64,000 nucleotides of DNA from Gemmatimonadota bacterium. GTDB lineage: Bacteria > JBHIER01 > G020348925. The stretch covers positions 4,169,688 through 4,233,687 of the forward strand of contig CP070758.1 in NCBI GenBank assembly GCA_020348925.1. Reading direction: 5' to 3'. Under the pieces are notes generated by a model, which searched no databases, was not told the origin of the DNA, and was given only the letters and a program-made list of their open reading frames with translations. Shown here piece after piece: positions 1-12,312 of the stretch (its first letter is position 1; each line of letters starts with the position of its first letter). The translations under genes and the position numbers were made by a program.

Positions 1-60
1 ACATCCCGGCGGTTCTGGAATTTTGACCTTTGAATTTCTGATTTGAAGTTTTGAATTTCC

Positions 61-1329
<1,269 letters not shown>

Positions 1330-2475
1330 TTATAATCCCTTCTTAAGATCAGCAACCTTATCCCGCGCTTCCCAGGTAAAATCCTCTTCCTCGCGGCCGA
1401 AATGGCCGTAGACTGCAGTCTTCTTGAAGATCGGCCGCTTCAGTTTGAGATGCTCAATCATTCCTCTGGGAGTAAAATCGAAATGTTCCCTGATCAATTT
1501 CTCAATCTTCTTATCGGAAATCGTCCCAGTCCCCTGCGAATCGACCATAATCGACACGGGTTCGGTGACACCGATGCAATAACCAAGCTGAATCTCGCAC
1601 CTCTCGGCCAAACCCGCCGCAACGACATTCTTGGCCGCATACCGTGCCATGTAGGAACCGGAGCGATCAACCTTCGTCGGATCCTTTCCGGAGAAGCAGC
1701 CCCCGCCGTGACTCCCGACGCCACCGTATGTATCGACGATGATCTTTCGACCCGTTAAACCGGTATCAGCCATGGGACCCCCAATAACAAACCTTCCCGT
1801 CGCGTTAATATGATAGACCACGTTCTTTCTGTCGACAAGATGCTCGGGAATAATGGGCAGGATCACCGTTTCTATGATATCGCTTTTCAGTTTCTTGACA
1901 TCGACATCAGGATCATGGTGCGCACCTATGACCACCGTATCCACACGCACAGGTTTTCCCTCCCGATATTCTACGGTTACTTGCGTTTTTCCATCGGGTC
2001 GCAGATAGGACAGGAGTCCTTCCTTACGCACCTCCGCCAGCCGCTTGGCCAATTTGTGGGCCAAGAGAATGGGCATGGGCATGAGCTCTTGGGTCTCGTT
2101 TGTGGCATATCCAAACATGAGCCCTTGATCACCTGCCCCCTGGCGATCGACCCCCAAAGCGATGTCCGGAGACTGCTGTTCGATATTTGTCAGAACAGCA
2201 CAGGTTTGATGATCGAAGCCGTAAGCTGGATCCGTATAACCGATATCATGGATCGTCTGCCTGACGATACCGGGAATGTCCACGTAGCAATCGGTGGTGA
2301 TCTGTCCACCGACGAGCGTTAATCCCATGGAAACAAAGGTCTCACAGGCGACACGACCCATGGGGTCCTGGGTAAAGATGGCATCGAGTATGGCATCCGA
2401 TATTTGATCAGCGACCTTGTCGGGATGACCCTCGGTCACCGATTCCGATGTGAACAGACAATTCTTATTCCTCAT
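1330..2475 (-). CDS. metK: S-adenosylmethionine synthetase
   Basis: [38 protein letters not shown] at 2475 follows GGAGG. Confidence 0.98.
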   Translation of the reverse strand: MRNKNCLFTSESVTEGHPDKVADQISDAILDAIFTQDPMGRVACETFVSMGLTLVGGQITTDCYVDIPGIVRQTIHDIGYTDPAYGFDHQTCAVLTNIEQQSPDIALGVDRQGAGDQGLMFGYATNETQELMPMPILLAHKLAKRLAEVRKEGLLSYLRPDGKTQVTVEYREGKPVRVDTVVIGAHHDPDVDVKKLKSDIIETVILPIIPEHLVDRKNVVYHINATGRFVIGGPMADTGLTGRKIIVDTYGGVGSHGGGCFSGKDPTKVDRSGSYMARYAAKNVVAAGLAERCEIQLGYCIGVTEPVSIMVDSQGTGTISDKKIEKLIREHFDFTPRGMIEHLKLKRPIFKKTAVYGHFGREEEDFTWEARDKVADLKKGL

Positions 2476-2487
2476 GAACAATCCTCC

Positions 2488-3462
2488 CTAAAGTGCTTCC
2501 ACTTCCGACATATCTCCAATGGTCAATCTGGTAAAAGAACCTTTAATAACTGCATTGTCCCCAACAATGGATTTGTCCAACATACTATTGGAGACAAAGG
2601 CTTTTTCTCCGATAATGGAATCTCGGAGTATTGAATGCTGGACGCGCGCTCCGGCTGCCACCGAGACGTGAGGGCCAATAACAGAAGATTTTACCACGGC
2701 GGATTCCTCAATGAAGACCGGAGGCTGAACAACGGAGCCACCCAGAGTGAGGTCCTGTCCCCTCAGCTCCAATAAATGGCGATTTGTAGCCAAAAGGGCT
2801 TCCGGCTTTCCACAATCGTACCAGTGCTCAACACCGAAGGTGGTTATTCTGTGACCCTTGCCTATCATCATCTCGAAAGCATCCGTCAATTGATACTCAC
2901 CTTTTGTTTTCATGTCTTGTTCGATCATCTCTTCGATGCATTCAATGAGCAGGAGCGGATCTTTAATATAATACATTCCGACTAAGGCCAAATTCGTCTC
3001 AGGTTCTTCCGGCTTTTCCACGACTCGTTGAACAAAACCTCCCTCCAGGGCCACTATTCCGAAGCGCCTCGGATCCTCAACCTCTTTAATTCCAAGAGAG
3101 GTGTACTGTCCCTTGAAGACCGGCTCAAGATCCGTTTCGAAAATGGTATCGCCTAAAACAATGAAAAGCGGTTCGGCCCCCACAAACTTCTTGGCCAAAA
3201 AGAGAGCGTGCGCAATACCCAGTCGTTCCGTCTGTTCCACAAAATGGGCTGGAAAATCATAACATGATTTGACATATTCTTCAATCTTATCACCCAAATG
3301 GCCGACAATGAGTGTCACTTCATCAATGCCATGCTCTTCAAGCTTGTCGAGGATGTGAGCCAGAATTGGCTTCCCTGCAACATGGAGAAGGGCCTTGGGA
3401 CGTGCATACGTGTAAGGTCTCATTCTCGTCCCTTCGCCGGCCACCGGAATAATCGCTTTCAC
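2488..3462 (-). CDS. Sugar-phosphate nucleotidyltransferase (long-form glucose-1-phosphate thymidylyltransferase-like) with C-terminal hexapeptide repeats
   Basis: MKAIIPVAGEGTRMRPYT..PK, VEKPE, WYDCG, beta-helix-like tail. Confidence 0.88.
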   Translation of the reverse strand: MKAIIPVAGEGTRMRPYTYARPKALLHVAGKPILAHILDKLEEHGIDEVTLIVGHLGDKIEEYVKSCYDFPAHFVEQTERLGIAHALFLAKKFVGAEPLFIVLGDTIFETDLEPVFKGQYTSLGIKEVEDPRRFGIVALEGGFVQRVVEKPEEPETNLALVGMYYIKDPLLLIECIEEMIEQDMKTKGEYQLTDAFEMMIGKGHRITTFGVEHWYDCGKPEALLATNRHLLELRGQDLTLGGSVVQPPVFIEESAVVKSSVIGPHVSVAAGARVQHSILRDSIIGEKAFVSNSMLDKSIVGDNAVIKGSFTRLTIGDMSEVEAL

Positions 3463-3489
3463 TTTTCAACTCCTTCTCTCTGTTAATTG

Positions 3490-4572
3490 TTAAACGTCAA
3501 CCTCGTTCAATCTTGTCTTCAAACATTCTATGCGATCCACCGGGGTCGGATCAACTCCTCTGAGTAAGGCTGCATAGTAGCTCATAAAATCGCCCAGACA
3601 GATGAGAGAGAAAAGACGCGTCAGGAGCCCATCCCCCTCGCTCCACACCTCAGTGTAGGAGAGCCCATCCGATTCCAGGAACTCCATGGTGACGTCCATA
3701 CGTCTCTGAACCTCAGGCTGATCTTCCCTGTCCCTGAGAAAAACCGCCGTAAACCTGTCCCCCATTTTCCGCAATCCCTGCCAGCCCATGATCTCATTAT
3801 GATTCATTTCGGGGATGACGTTTGAAAGGGCCAGCATTTCGGAATTCTCATCAATTTGTGTGCTCCACCGTCTGGCAACAGGATAAAATCGCTCCGAAGC
3901 ATAGACAAGCGGTACGCGGTCGAAGAGTTGTGCTGCCAACGCTTTGGCAGCATTGTGACTGAAAGGAACGGACCACTGATACTCCATCGTCTTCTCAATC
4001 AAAAAAGAGACCGTGTCTCCCATGGCCGAGTCCTTTTCACCGATGAAACCCGCCCTCGAAAGAACAATCAAAACAGGGAAGAAAAGATACCCGAGAGCGG
4101 TCCGGGGCGGATACCCGGGAGGAATGCGAATCAAACTTTTTCCCGTCTCAATGGCACGATCCGCCAAAAAACCTCCAGAAGTTATGCAGACAATGGGAAT
4201 ACTTTTTTTGTTTCCGATCTCGAAGATGCGAAGAATTTCTTCGGTGTTTCCTGAATAGCTCAGCACAAAAAGGAGTGATGAGGAAGAGACATATTGTGGC
4301 AGAGAATAACCCCGGTTTACTTCAAGGGGTATCTCCAATTCGTCGAAGAGGTACGAACGGAGGATGTCACCACCGATGGCCGATCCTCCGAGACCGCAGA
4401 TCATAAGGTTTGAGACAGCTGCTGGAACTGAAGTCAGACGAGCAGCCGTGCCTATGTCAATCGCCTCCTGACATTGCCGGCCAAAGGAAATCAGGGTCGC
4501 ATGCATATTCGATGCATCTATCCTTCTCATATGTTCAATATCATCCAATATGTTGCAATCGCTCCTCTTCAT
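3490..4572 (-). CDS. Bifunctional phosphoglucose/phosphomannose isomerase (SIS domain)
   Basis: GLGGSAIGGD, SYSGNTEE, TSGG, PPRTA, QIDEN, EMNHNE, DPTPVDRIECLK. Confidence 0.9.
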   Translation of the reverse strand: MKRSDCNILDDIEHMRRIDASNMHATLISFGRQCQEAIDIGTAARLTSVPAAVSNLMICGLGGSAIGGDILRSYLFDELEIPLEVNRGYSLPQYVSSSSLLFVLSYSGNTEEILRIFEIGNKKSIPIVCITSGGFLADRAIETGKSLIRIPPGYPPRTALGYLFFPVLIVLSRAGFIGEKDSAMGDTVSFLIEKTMEYQWSVPFSHNAAKALAAQLFDRVPLVYASERFYPVARRWSTQIDENSEMLALSNVIPEMNHNEIMGWQGLRKMGDRFTAVFLRDREDQPEVQRRMDVTMEFLESDGLSYTEVWSEGDGLLTRLFSLICLGDFMSYYAALLRGVDPTPVDRIECLKTRLNEVDV

Positions 4573-4585
4573 ATCGACATCACAT

Positions 4586-5770
4586 TCATTCGGAACGAGC
4601 AGTCAGGCGCGGCACGGTGGCTTCCTGCCGGAAACTGCTCTCCTTTAACGACTGAAAATACTCCTCATCATCAACGATACTATTATAGGAGAAAAGGGAA
4701 ACACCGCTGACGTCGAGTGAACGAATCCCCCGAATCTGTTGGATTGTGGCGATAACATCCTGATTGTACACTCCTACTCCTGCAAGAAGATATCCCCCTT
4801 GAACCAATTGACAGGCCATGCCAATCTGCTCAAGAACCAATTCCGTAACGGGTGAGTAAGCCATGACGACGATGAAATCAAGCAATCCGTCATGCATCCA
4901 TGCCTGCCAATCCTGTCCGAATTGCTTCACGGCAAGATCATAATCCGGCTTGACGGCAGCGGAAAGCATCACCTTCGGCTTGAGGGTCTCGATCCGCCTC
5001 CTTATTCTCCCAACGGTCTGTGTCACGTTTTGGCAACGCCACTGATACCACAAGCTGTCAAGAGCCGCAACACCCTCGACACCCAAGTCTTTCTCCAAGG
5101 CATCTCTCTCTCGAAACAGTTGAATTGGATCCACAGCGTACCTCTCTTTGAAGAGGATTCGCGTCGCAGGATTGAAGTCGGTCTCACCGTTGGGATAGCG
5201 GACGTAATCCAGATGGATGCCATCGATATCATATCGAGAAACAATCTCCCCAATGACGTTCGGAATCCACTCTTGAACGTCCGGATGCCCGGGCGAAAGA
5301 AACACACCTTCCATACCCAACGGATGGGGCCGTTCATAAGTGAGCAAGGAGCGCCCTTCAGACGTATAGGCTATCCAGTCGGGGTGTTGGTGAAAAATGT
5401 GCTTCTTGCTCTGCGGTTGCTCCGGAGCGGACCAGACAAAGTAGACATTTATCCAGGCGTGAACTTGCAGACCTCGTCCATGGGCTTGTTCAATCACGCT
5501 CTGTAACGGATCGAACTCCTCTCCTAAAAGTGACAACTGTTCTGCTCTGGGAAGAATGTCGCTTTGATAATACGCATCCCCACGTCCACACACTTGAACA
5601 AAAATCATGTTGCAATGTGTTTGAGCGATCCGGTTCACCATTTCCGAGATGCTCTCTTCAGATATCAATCCATCTCGCACGACCCAAAAAGCTCTCGCCT
5701 CATAGGTCTGACTCGTTGAAACGGACGCCGAACACAGGCACAGAATGAAACCGATCAGGATTGTCTTCAT
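4586..5770 (-). CDS. Secreted glycoside hydrolase-like family 10 (GHL10, YddW/YngK-like) protein
   Basis: Signal peptide; EARAFWV, FDPL..VIEQAH.RGLQVHAW, YDIDGIHLDYVRYP, QDW..W. Confidence 0.85.
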   Translation of the reverse strand: MKTILIGFILCLCSASVSTSQTYEARAFWVVRDGLISEESISEMVNRIAQTHCNMIFVQVCGRGDAYYQSDILPRAEQLSLLGEEFDPLQSVIEQAHGRGLQVHAWINVYFVWSAPEQPQSKKHIFHQHPDWIAYTSEGRSLLTYERPHPLGMEGVFLSPGHPDVQEWIPNVIGEIVSRYDIDGIHLDYVRYPNGETDFNPATRILFKERYAVDPIQLFRERDALEKDLGVEGVAALDSLWYQWRCQNVTQTVGRIRRRIETLKPKVMLSAAVKPDYDLAVKQFGQDWQAWMHDGLLDFIVVMAYSPVTELVLEQIGMACQLVQGGYLLAGVGVYNQDVIATIQQIRGIRSLDVSGVSLFSYNSIVDDEEYFQSLKESSFRQEATVPRLTARSE

Positions 5771-5780
5771 CGTAACGGAT

Positions 5781-5826
5781 AAAAAATAAAAAAGGACAAA
5801 AGAAATCTTTGACTCTTTGTCCTTTT
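5781..5826 (-). terminator. Probable intrinsic terminator of the ribosomal protein/rpoA operon
   Basis: Minus strand AAAAGGACAAAG...TTTTGTCCTTTT followed by a T-run, just after the rplQ stop. Confidence 0.7.
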
Positions 5827-5854
5827 CCTGCGGGATATTCTATTCTCAGGTATA

Positions 5855-6499
5855 TCAGTCTTCCTCCTTACCACCCTTTGTCTCCTTTTGAGGAGGAATT
5901 GACTCGGAATCGCCCCCCGACTTTTTCTTCACCTCTTCTTTGGAATCATCTTTTTCCGGCTCTTTCTCCGAAGGCGTCTCCTCTTTGGGCTCCTTCTCAG
6001 GCTGTTCAGTCTCAATCCCCTGATCTTTTTCTTCCCGATCCTCCCCCAAAACAAGTTGATCTTGAGATGAGGCGCTCTCCTCGATTTTCCCAGCCTCTTT
6101 CTTTCGTCTCCTCTTTTTTCTCGTCGCTTCCTCGTGCGTCAGCTCACTGCCAACGAGCTCTACGATGGATAAGGCCGCTCCATCACCAATACGGTTCCCC
6201 ACTTTGATGAGACGGGAATACCCACCGTTTCTGTCGCTGTATCGAGGAGCTATCGTGTCAAAAAGCTTTGCCACGATCTTCTTATCCTTGATCACTTTAA
6301 ACACTTGTCGCCGCGTATGAAGGGTCCCCAGCTTCGCTTTCGTAATGAGTCTTTCCACAAGTCTTTGGCTTTCTTTGGCAAGCGAGTCCGTCGTCTGAAT
6401 TCGCTCCCGTTCGATAAGGGCTGTTGCTAAATTGGCCAGAACCGCTTGGCGATGGCTGACGTCCCTCCCGAGTTTTTTCACTCTTTTCCTGTGTCTCAC
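5855..6499 (-). CDS. rplQ: 50S ribosomal protein L17 with long charged C-terminal extension
   Basis: MRHRKRVKKLGRDVSHR, RNGGYSRLIK, RIGDGA; follows rpoA. Confidence 0.97.
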   Translation of the reverse strand: MRHRKRVKKLGRDVSHRQAVLANLATALIERERIQTTDSLAKESQRLVERLITKAKLGTLHTRRQVFKVIKDKKIVAKLFDTIAPRYSDRNGGYSRLIKVGNRIGDGAALSIVELVGSELTHEEATRKKRRRKKEAGKIEESASSQDQLVLGEDREEKDQGIETEQPEKEPKEETPSEKEPEKDDSKEEVKKKSGGDSESIPPQKETKGGKEED

Positions 6500-6535
6500 T
6501 GCACTTCTCCGCGTCTCAATCTTTGTTCGATTTAT

Positions 6536-7519
6536 TTATTCCACAGTCTTTTCAAGATACCGTTGTACGTTCATCCCGAAAGAGAGGCCATAATTGCTCA
6601 AAATCTCGTTAAGCTCCTGCAATGATTTCCGACCGAAATTTCGATATTTCAACATTTCCGCCTCTGTTTTCTGAACAAGATCTTTCAAGGTCTTGATCTC
6701 TGCTGCTTTGAGACAATTACTTGATCGTACCGAAAGCTCAAGCTCATCGACGCTCATTCTCAACAAATTGCGAATGCGAACGGTCTCCTCATCCACTTCC
6801 TCAATCTCAACCTCCTCCGGCTCCTCCTCAAAACTGATAAACAGTTTCAAGTGATCTCTCAGAATTCGAGCAGCCGTTGCCATAGCGTCGTCAGGAGTGA
6901 TCGTGCCATCCGTCCAGATCTCCAAAATCAGCTTATCATAATCGATGCGTTGCCCTACCCGTGTACTTTCAACCGTATAATTCACCTTTGTAATGGGTGT
7001 GAAGATCGCATCCAGCGGAATCGTACCGATAGGCTGATCTTGTTTCCTGTTTAACTCAGCCGGAATATAACCGCGTCCGGAGCCAATCGTCACTTCCATT
7101 CTCAGGTCGGCATCGGCGTCAAGCGTCGCAATATGATGATCAGGATTCAGGATCTCTATGTCGGTATCCGTTTGAAAGACTCCTGCCGTCAATTCACCCT
7201 TCCCCTTGTGCTCCACAACCACTTTCTTCGTATGGTTGGTATGTAATTTTATACGAACCTCTTTCATGTTCAAGACAATTTCGGTCACGTCTTCAACAAT
7301 ACCCGGAATAGTACTCAATTCATGAAGAATGTTATCGATTTTTAACGAGGTAATGGCTGCACCCTGTAAAGAAGAGAGGAGAACGCGGCGCAATGCGTTT
7401 CCTAAAGTGTGTCCATACCCTCTCTCCAACGGTTCGGCGCTGAATTTACCGTACCGGTCTGAAAAACTGTTCTCGTCAAGCTCAACACCCTTTGGCATGA
7501 TTAAACTTTTCCACTTCAT
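6536..7519 (-). CDS. rpoA: RNA polymerase alpha subunit
   Basis: EPLERGYGHTLGNALRRVLLSS, ELELSVRSSNCL, RNFGRKSL. Confidence 0.99.
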   Translation of the reverse strand: MKWKSLIMPKGVELDENSFSDRYGKFSAEPLERGYGHTLGNALRRVLLSSLQGAAITSLKIDNILHELSTIPGIVEDVTEIVLNMKEVRIKLHTNHTKKVVVEHKGKGELTAGVFQTDTDIEILNPDHHIATLDADADLRMEVTIGSGRGYIPAELNRKQDQPIGTIPLDAIFTPITKVNYTVESTRVGQRIDYDKLILEIWTDGTITPDDAMATAARILRDHLKLFISFEEEPEEVEIEEVDEETVRIRNLLRMSVDELELSVRSSNCLKAAEIKTLKDLVQKTEAEMLKYRNFGRKSLQELNEILSNYGLSFGMNVQRYLEKTVE

Positions 7520-7601
7520 GCTTCTTATATCTCCCCAAAAAGATCGTTTGCTTTTCTTCTATGTAACGGCATGATCGAAACTTTTCCACTTCATGCTTCT
7601 T
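7494..7601. repeat. ~33-bp direct repeat duplicating the rpoA start region (7494-7526 and 7568-7601)
   Basis: ggcatgattaaacttttccacttcatgcttctt versus ggcatgatcgaaacttttccacttcatgcttctt. Confidence 0.9.
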
Positions 7602-7710
7602 CTGTTTTCAATAAAATCGCTTACTCTTTTTCAATATGTTGGAGAGGCTCGAAACGAAATCCTCTTCAACCGAACTCGAAAAACTGGCCTTCCAATCCAA
7701 ACCCTGTGGA

Positions 7711-8340
7711 TTACTTTGAGTACAATCCCACGATCAAATGCTCTTGAATGGGGGTTGGAATTTCATCTCGACTCGGCACCGCCAGGATCTGACCGGTCAT
7801 CTTGGTCTTATCCACTTGCAGCCATGGAAGTTCGGTTCTCCGATCGATCCGTTTCAAAGCCGTTTGAATGACAGCAAGTTTTTGGCTTTTGTCCCGAACC
7901 CGTACGACATCACCCGATTTCACTTGATATGAGGGGATATCTACAACACGCTCATTGACCGTAAAATGACGATGGCGAACCAATTGCCGAGCTGTATTAC
8001 GAGAGGGAGCAAATCCCAATCGGTAGATTACGTTGTCGAGACGCGATTCAAGCAGCATGAGCAGATTCTCACCCGTAATGCCCGTCTGACGAGCCGCCTT
8101 CTCGTAATAATTTCGGAATTGACGCTCCAGAATGCCGTACATTCGACGAGCTTTCTGCTTCTCTCGTAATTGTAGACCATAATCGGAGATTTTTCTCCTC
8201 GAATCGTGTCCATGCTGTCCGGGGGCATAGCCTCTTCTTTCAAAGGCGCATTTATCTGTGACACAACGATCGCCTTTCAGAAAGAGTTTTTCTCCTTCCC
8301 GTCGACATAACCGACACTGTGCATCACGGTATCGTGCCAT
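7711..8340 (-). CDS. rpsD: 30S ribosomal protein S4
   Basis: [38 protein letters not shown]. Confidence 0.99.
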   Translation of the reverse strand: MARYRDAQCRLCRREGEKLFLKGDRCVTDKCAFERRGYAPGQHGHDSRRKISDYGLQLREKQKARRMYGILERQFRNYYEKAARQTGITGENLLMLLESRLDNVIYRLGFAPSRNTARQLVRHRHFTVNERVVDIPSYQVKSGDVVRVRDKSQKLAVIQTALKRIDRRTELPWLQVDKTKMTGQILAVPSRDEIPTPIQEHLIVGLYSK

Positions 8341-8727
8341 TTACACTCTTCTCCTTTTTGGCGGCCGACAGCCATTGTGAGGGATGGGTGTGACATCACG
8401 GATGGTCGTCACCTCCAGTCCAGCAGCCTGGAGTGAACGTATGGCAGCCTCCCGACCAGCTCCTGGACCTCGCACCCAGATTTCGATCCTGCGTAACCCG
8501 ATATCGAGCGCTTTCTTAGCAGCCGCCTCAGCAGCCAGCTGAGCGGCAAATGGGGTGCTTTTGCGCGATCCCTTGAATCCAACTCGTCCAGCAGTTCCCC
8601 AAGATATGACATCCCCTTTTGAATCAGTGATCGTAATAATTGTATTATTGAATGTAGCTTTAATATGGGCTACACCTGATGTGTCGGCCAGTTTCTCTCT
8701 TTTTTTCTTTCTTTCAGGTTGGGGCAC
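8341..8727 (-). CDS. rpsK: 30S ribosomal protein S11
   Basis: [33 protein letters not shown]. Confidence 0.99.
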   Translation of the reverse strand: MPQPERKKKREKLADTSGVAHIKATFNNTIITITDSKGDVISWGTAGRVGFKGSRKSTPFAAQLAAEAAAKKALDIGLRRIEIWVRGPGAGREAAIRSLQAAGLEVTTIRDVTPIPHNGCRPPKRRRV

Positions 8728-8757
8728 TGCACTCCTCCTTCAGCGAAAATACTGTGT

Positions 8758-9129
8758 TTACCTTTTCCTTTTAGCACCGACTGTGCGCCGCGGACCTTTC
8801 CGAGTTCTGGCATTCGTACTCGTCCGCTGCCCATGAACCGGCAAGCCTCTTCTGTGCCGGAGTCCCCGATAGGCTCCGATGTCCATGAGTCGCTTGATAT
8901 TCATGGAAGTCTCCGTTCGAAGGCTTCCCTCTACTTTATAATCCGACTCCAAAGCTGCCCGAAGTTTCGCGACTTCTTCCTCAGTGAGTTTCTCTACGCG
9001 TTTGTTCGGATCAACAGCGGTTTCATCCAAAATCTTCTTGGCTGCCGACCGCCCAATTCCGTAAATGAATGTGAGAGCGACTTCGATGCGCTTATTCCGG
9101 GGCAGATCGACACCCGCAATTCGAGCCAC
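8758..9129 (-). CDS. rpsM: 30S ribosomal protein S13
   Basis: [26 protein letters not shown]. Confidence 0.99.
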   Translation of the reverse strand: MARIAGVDLPRNKRIEVALTFIYGIGRSAAKKILDETAVDPNKRVEKLTEEEVAKLRAALESDYKVEGSLRTETSMNIKRLMDIGAYRGLRHRRGLPVHGQRTSTNARTRKGPRRTVGAKRKR

Positions 9130-9155
9130 AATACATCCTCCTTTAAGTTAGTGCG

Positions 9156-9269
9156 CTACCCTTGCCGCTGCTTATGCCTGGGGTTCCTACAAATAACTCG
9201 AACCACCCCTTTGCGGCGAACGATTTTGCAATTGTCACATATTTTTCTTACAGATGCTTGAACTCTCAT
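9156..9269 (-). CDS. rpmJ: 50S ribosomal protein L36 (below the ORF-track cutoff)
   Basis: Manually translated [37 protein letters not shown], between infA and rpsM. Confidence 0.97.
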   Translation of the reverse strand: MRVQASVRKICDNCKIVRRKGVVRVICRNPRHKQRQG

Positions 9270-9275
9270 TTTCCA

Positions 9276-9494
9276 TTATTTGTAGCGATAGATAATTCTA
9301 CCTCGACTCAAGTCGTAGGGTGATAGTTCAATGGTGACCTTATCTCCCGGTAGTATCTTGATGAAATGCATGCGCATTTTGCCTGAAACATGCGCCAAGA
9401 CTCGATGTCCGTTCTCCAGCTCTACGCGGAAAGTCGCGTTTGGCAGTGACTCGACAACTGTCCCTTCAACTTGAATTCCTTCTTCTTTTGGCAT
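9276..9494 (-). CDS. infA: Translation initiation factor IF-1
   Basis: [31 protein letters not shown]. Confidence 0.99.
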   Translation of the reverse strand: MPKEEGIQVEGTVVESLPNATFRVELENGHRVLAHVSGKMRMHFIKILPGDKVTIELSPYDLSRGRIIYRYK

Positions 9495-9531
9495 GTGCTC
9501 TTTGTAAAATTCTTTCGTAGTGCTCTTTCTT

Positions 9532-10278
9532 TTAAGAATCGGTCAGGATACGCGGCCCTTCTCTGGTGATGACTATAGTGTGCTCGAAATGAGCTGAGGC
9601 CGAGCCATCCTTCGTCACGACAGTCCAGTTATCATCTTGTGTCTCAACCTCAAAACCACCGGCATTGACCATTGGCTCAATGGCCAGTGTCATCCCAGCT
9701 TTCAAAACAGGTCCGGAACCTGGGCTACCAAAGTTCGGCACTTGCGGCTCTTCGTGCATCGCCTTTCCAATACCATGGCCCACAAGCGCCCGAACCACCG
9801 AATATCCGTGACGTTCAACAAAGCTCTGTATAGACCACGAGATATCGGACAACCTATTTCCCTCCCTGGCCTGCGAAATTCCCTCGAACAAAGCATCGCG
9901 TGTTACTGTTAAGAGTTCACTCTTTTCCTGAGAAACGGGTTCAACACAGAAGGTCTCGGCGCCATCACCGTAATAGCCTGCCTTTTCGACACCAACGTCG
10001 ATACTGACTATTTGTCCCTCCTGCAACTTCCGATTTCCCGGAATACCGTGTACGACTTCATCATCGATCGATACACAGATACTTGCAGGAAATCCGTGGA
10101 ATCCTTTAAATGCCGGACGACCGCCGCATTGTATGATAAATTCTTCAGCCATTGTATTGAGATCTTGTGATGTTACTCCCGGATGTACGTTCTGTTCAAT
10201 CAATTTCAATGTACGGTAAACAATATGACAGCTTTCATGTATCGACTCAATTTCTTTTTCAGATTTCAGAACAATCAT
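9532..10278 (-). CDS. map: Type I methionine aminopeptidase
   Basis: VVHGIP, IDVG..YYGD, GHGIG, HEEPQV, AIEPM, SAHFEHT; ATGA overlap with adk. Confidence 0.97.
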   Translation of the reverse strand: MIVLKSEKEIESIHESCHIVYRTLKLIEQNVHPGVTSQDLNTMAEEFIIQCGGRPAFKGFHGFPASICVSIDDEVVHGIPGNRKLQEGQIVSIDVGVEKAGYYGDGAETFCVEPVSQEKSELLTVTRDALFEGISQAREGNRLSDISWSIQSFVERHGYSVVRALVGHGIGKAMHEEPQVPNFGSPGSGPVLKAGMTLAIEPMVNAGGFEVETQDDNWTVVTKDGSASAHFEHTIVITREGPRILTDS

Positions 10279-10928
10279 GCACCTATACAATTGAGATGCG
10301 AGGCAATATCCCGAAATACCTTTTCGACGTCTCCGTTCCCATCAATTTCTTGCAGCAATCCCACTCCTGCATAAAAAGCCTTCAATGGAGCAGTCTCCGC
10401 TTCGTAAACTTGCATTCGATTGGTGATCGTCTCCGCTCTGTCATCCTCCCGCTGGTACAAGACACCCCCACACCACGTACATCGACTTTCCTTCTCAGGG
10501 GGATTGCTGAGTAAATTGTAATCCCGATTGCAGTTTCGACACAGGCGACGGTTACTCAGGCGCTCCACAATCCTCTCCGATTCCACCTCGAGACTGAAGA
10601 CAATATCCAATTCTCTTTCTTTCTTTTTCAACAAATCTTCAAGTTCTCGGGCTTGGTTCACCGTCCGGGGAAATCCGTCCAAGACAAAGCCCCCTCTGCA
10701 ATTTTCCCCACTCAAACGATTCTCAATAATGGATATCATTGTCTCGTCCGGAACGAGTTCCCCCGCCTCCATGTATCCTTTGGCTTGACGTCCCAGTTCC
10801 GTCTCCTGATCCGCTGCTTCCCGCAACATATCCCCCGTCGATATATGGAGAAACCCACAATATTTCGCAATCGCCTGCGCTTGCGTTCCTTTTCCCGAAC
10901 CCGGAGGACCAAGGAGGACTATGCGCAT
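10275..10928 (-). CDS. adk: Adenylate kinase
   Basis: GPPGSGKGTQA, HISTGDMLR, LDGFPRT, Cys-containing lid. Confidence 0.98.
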   Translation of the reverse strand: MRIVLLGPPGSGKGTQAQAIAKYCGFLHISTGDMLREAADQETELGRQAKGYMEAGELVPDETMISIIENRLSGENCRGGFVLDGFPRTVNQARELEDLLKKKERELDIVFSLEVESERIVERLSNRRLCRNCNRDYNLLSNPPEKESRCTWCGGVLYQREDDRAETITNRMQVYEAETAPLKAFYAGVGLLQEIDGNGDVEKVFRDIASHLNCIGA

Positions 10929-10970
10929 CTCATCTTATCCTTTCGGTTCAACCAACAGAGAACTCCTGTC

Positions 10971-12311
10971 TTACATTCTGCGCCGACCTCGAATCCTCCC
11001 TTTCTTCATAAATCCATCATAGTGTCTCATCAACAAATGCGATTCTACTTGCTGAAGAGTATCAAGTGCAACTCCCACCACAATGAGTAAACCTGTCCCT
11101 CCAAAGAAGTCCGCGTAACTGTAAGTCACGTTCATTGAACGAACGATGAAGTAGGGGAAGATAGCCACTGCCGCCAAAAAAACGGCCCCGGGAAAGGTGA
11201 CCCGCGTTAAAATGTGGTCAATATACTCCGACGTTCTCTTCCCCGGTCGAACACCCGGAATAAATCCCCCATACTTCTTCATGTTGTCTGCCAGGTCTAT
11301 TGGATTAAAAATGATCGCCGTGTAAAAATATGTGAAAAATACAATAGTAATGCCGTAGAAGAACCAGTATACAGGCGAAGTCAGATCAAAATATCCGGCC
11401 AATGATTCCATCATGGCACTGTTTGGGAAGAACATTTTCAAGGTACCGGGCACAAAGAGAATTGACTGCGCAAAGATAATGGGGATAACGCCTGCCGTAT
11501 TCACCCGAAGCGGAATATGAGTGCTTTGCCCCCCGTAAATCTTCCGTCCGACGACCCGCTTCGCATACTGAACGGGTATTTTACGCTGTCCCTGCGTGAT
11601 GAGAACCACGAAGGCCACTGTGGCGTACATGAGTGCAAAAAGGAAGAGCTCGGTGAAGATGCTCTGTGTCCCTGCGACAACCTGTCGGAACTCCCCTAAA
11701 ATTGCACTCGGGAACCGAGCCACGATGCCGATAAAAATGATGAGTGAGATTCCGTTGCCGATGCCCCTTTCATCAATCTTTTCTCCCAACCACATAATAA
11801 AAATGGTTCCGCTCGTCAGAGTGATCATGGTCAACAATCGAAATCCCCACCCTGGCTGTGGCACCACAACACGCGCTATTTCACCCACGGCCACAGGAGG
11901 AATGCTTTCTAAGAAGACGCTAATACCGTAAGATTGAAGGAGCGATATGATGACCGTACCGTAGCGAGTATACTGAGTAATCTTTTTCCGTCCCTCCTCC
12001 CCTTCCTTCTGGAGTTTCTGAAAATAAGGGACTACCGATCCGAGCAACTGAATAATAATGGATGCGCTGATATAGGGCATAATCCCCAGGGCAAAGATAG
12101 TCGCTTTGCGAAATGCTCCCCCGACAAACATATCATAAAATCCAAACAGTGTTCCCCCTGCCTGATCGAGATATGCTCCCAGCGCGCCTGCATCCGTCCC
12201 TGGAGTGGGGACATGACCACCCACACGGTATACGAGAAGAATACCGATCGTAAAGAGAAGCCGTCGTCTCAATTCCGGAATTTTCAGGGCATTTTGGAGC
12301 GTTTTGATCAT
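10971..12311 (-). CDS. secY: Preprotein translocase SecY
   Basis: IFALGIMPYISASII, GIGNGISLIIF, AGVIPIIFA, GGTGLLIVV. Confidence 0.99.
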   Translation of the reverse strand: MIKTLQNALKIPELRRRLLFTIGILLVYRVGGHVPTPGTDAGALGAYLDQAGGTLFGFYDMFVGGAFRKATIFALGIMPYISASIIIQLLGSVVPYFQKLQKEGEEGRKKITQYTRYGTVIISLLQSYGISVFLESIPPVAVGEIARVVVPQPGWGFRLLTMITLTSGTIFIMWLGEKIDERGIGNGISLIIFIGIVARFPSAILGEFRQVVAGTQSIFTELFLFALMYATVAFVVLITQGQRKIPVQYAKRVVGRKIYGGQSTHIPLRVNTAGVIPIIFAQSILFVPGTLKMFFPNSAMMESLAGYFDLTSPVYWFFYGITIVFFTYFYTAIIFNPIDLADNMKKYGGFIPGVRPGKRTSEYIDHILTRVTFPGAVFLAAVAIFPYFIVRSMNVTYSYADFFGGTGLLIVVGVALDTLQQVESHLLMRHYDGFMKKGRIRGRRRM

Positions 12312-12312
12312 C

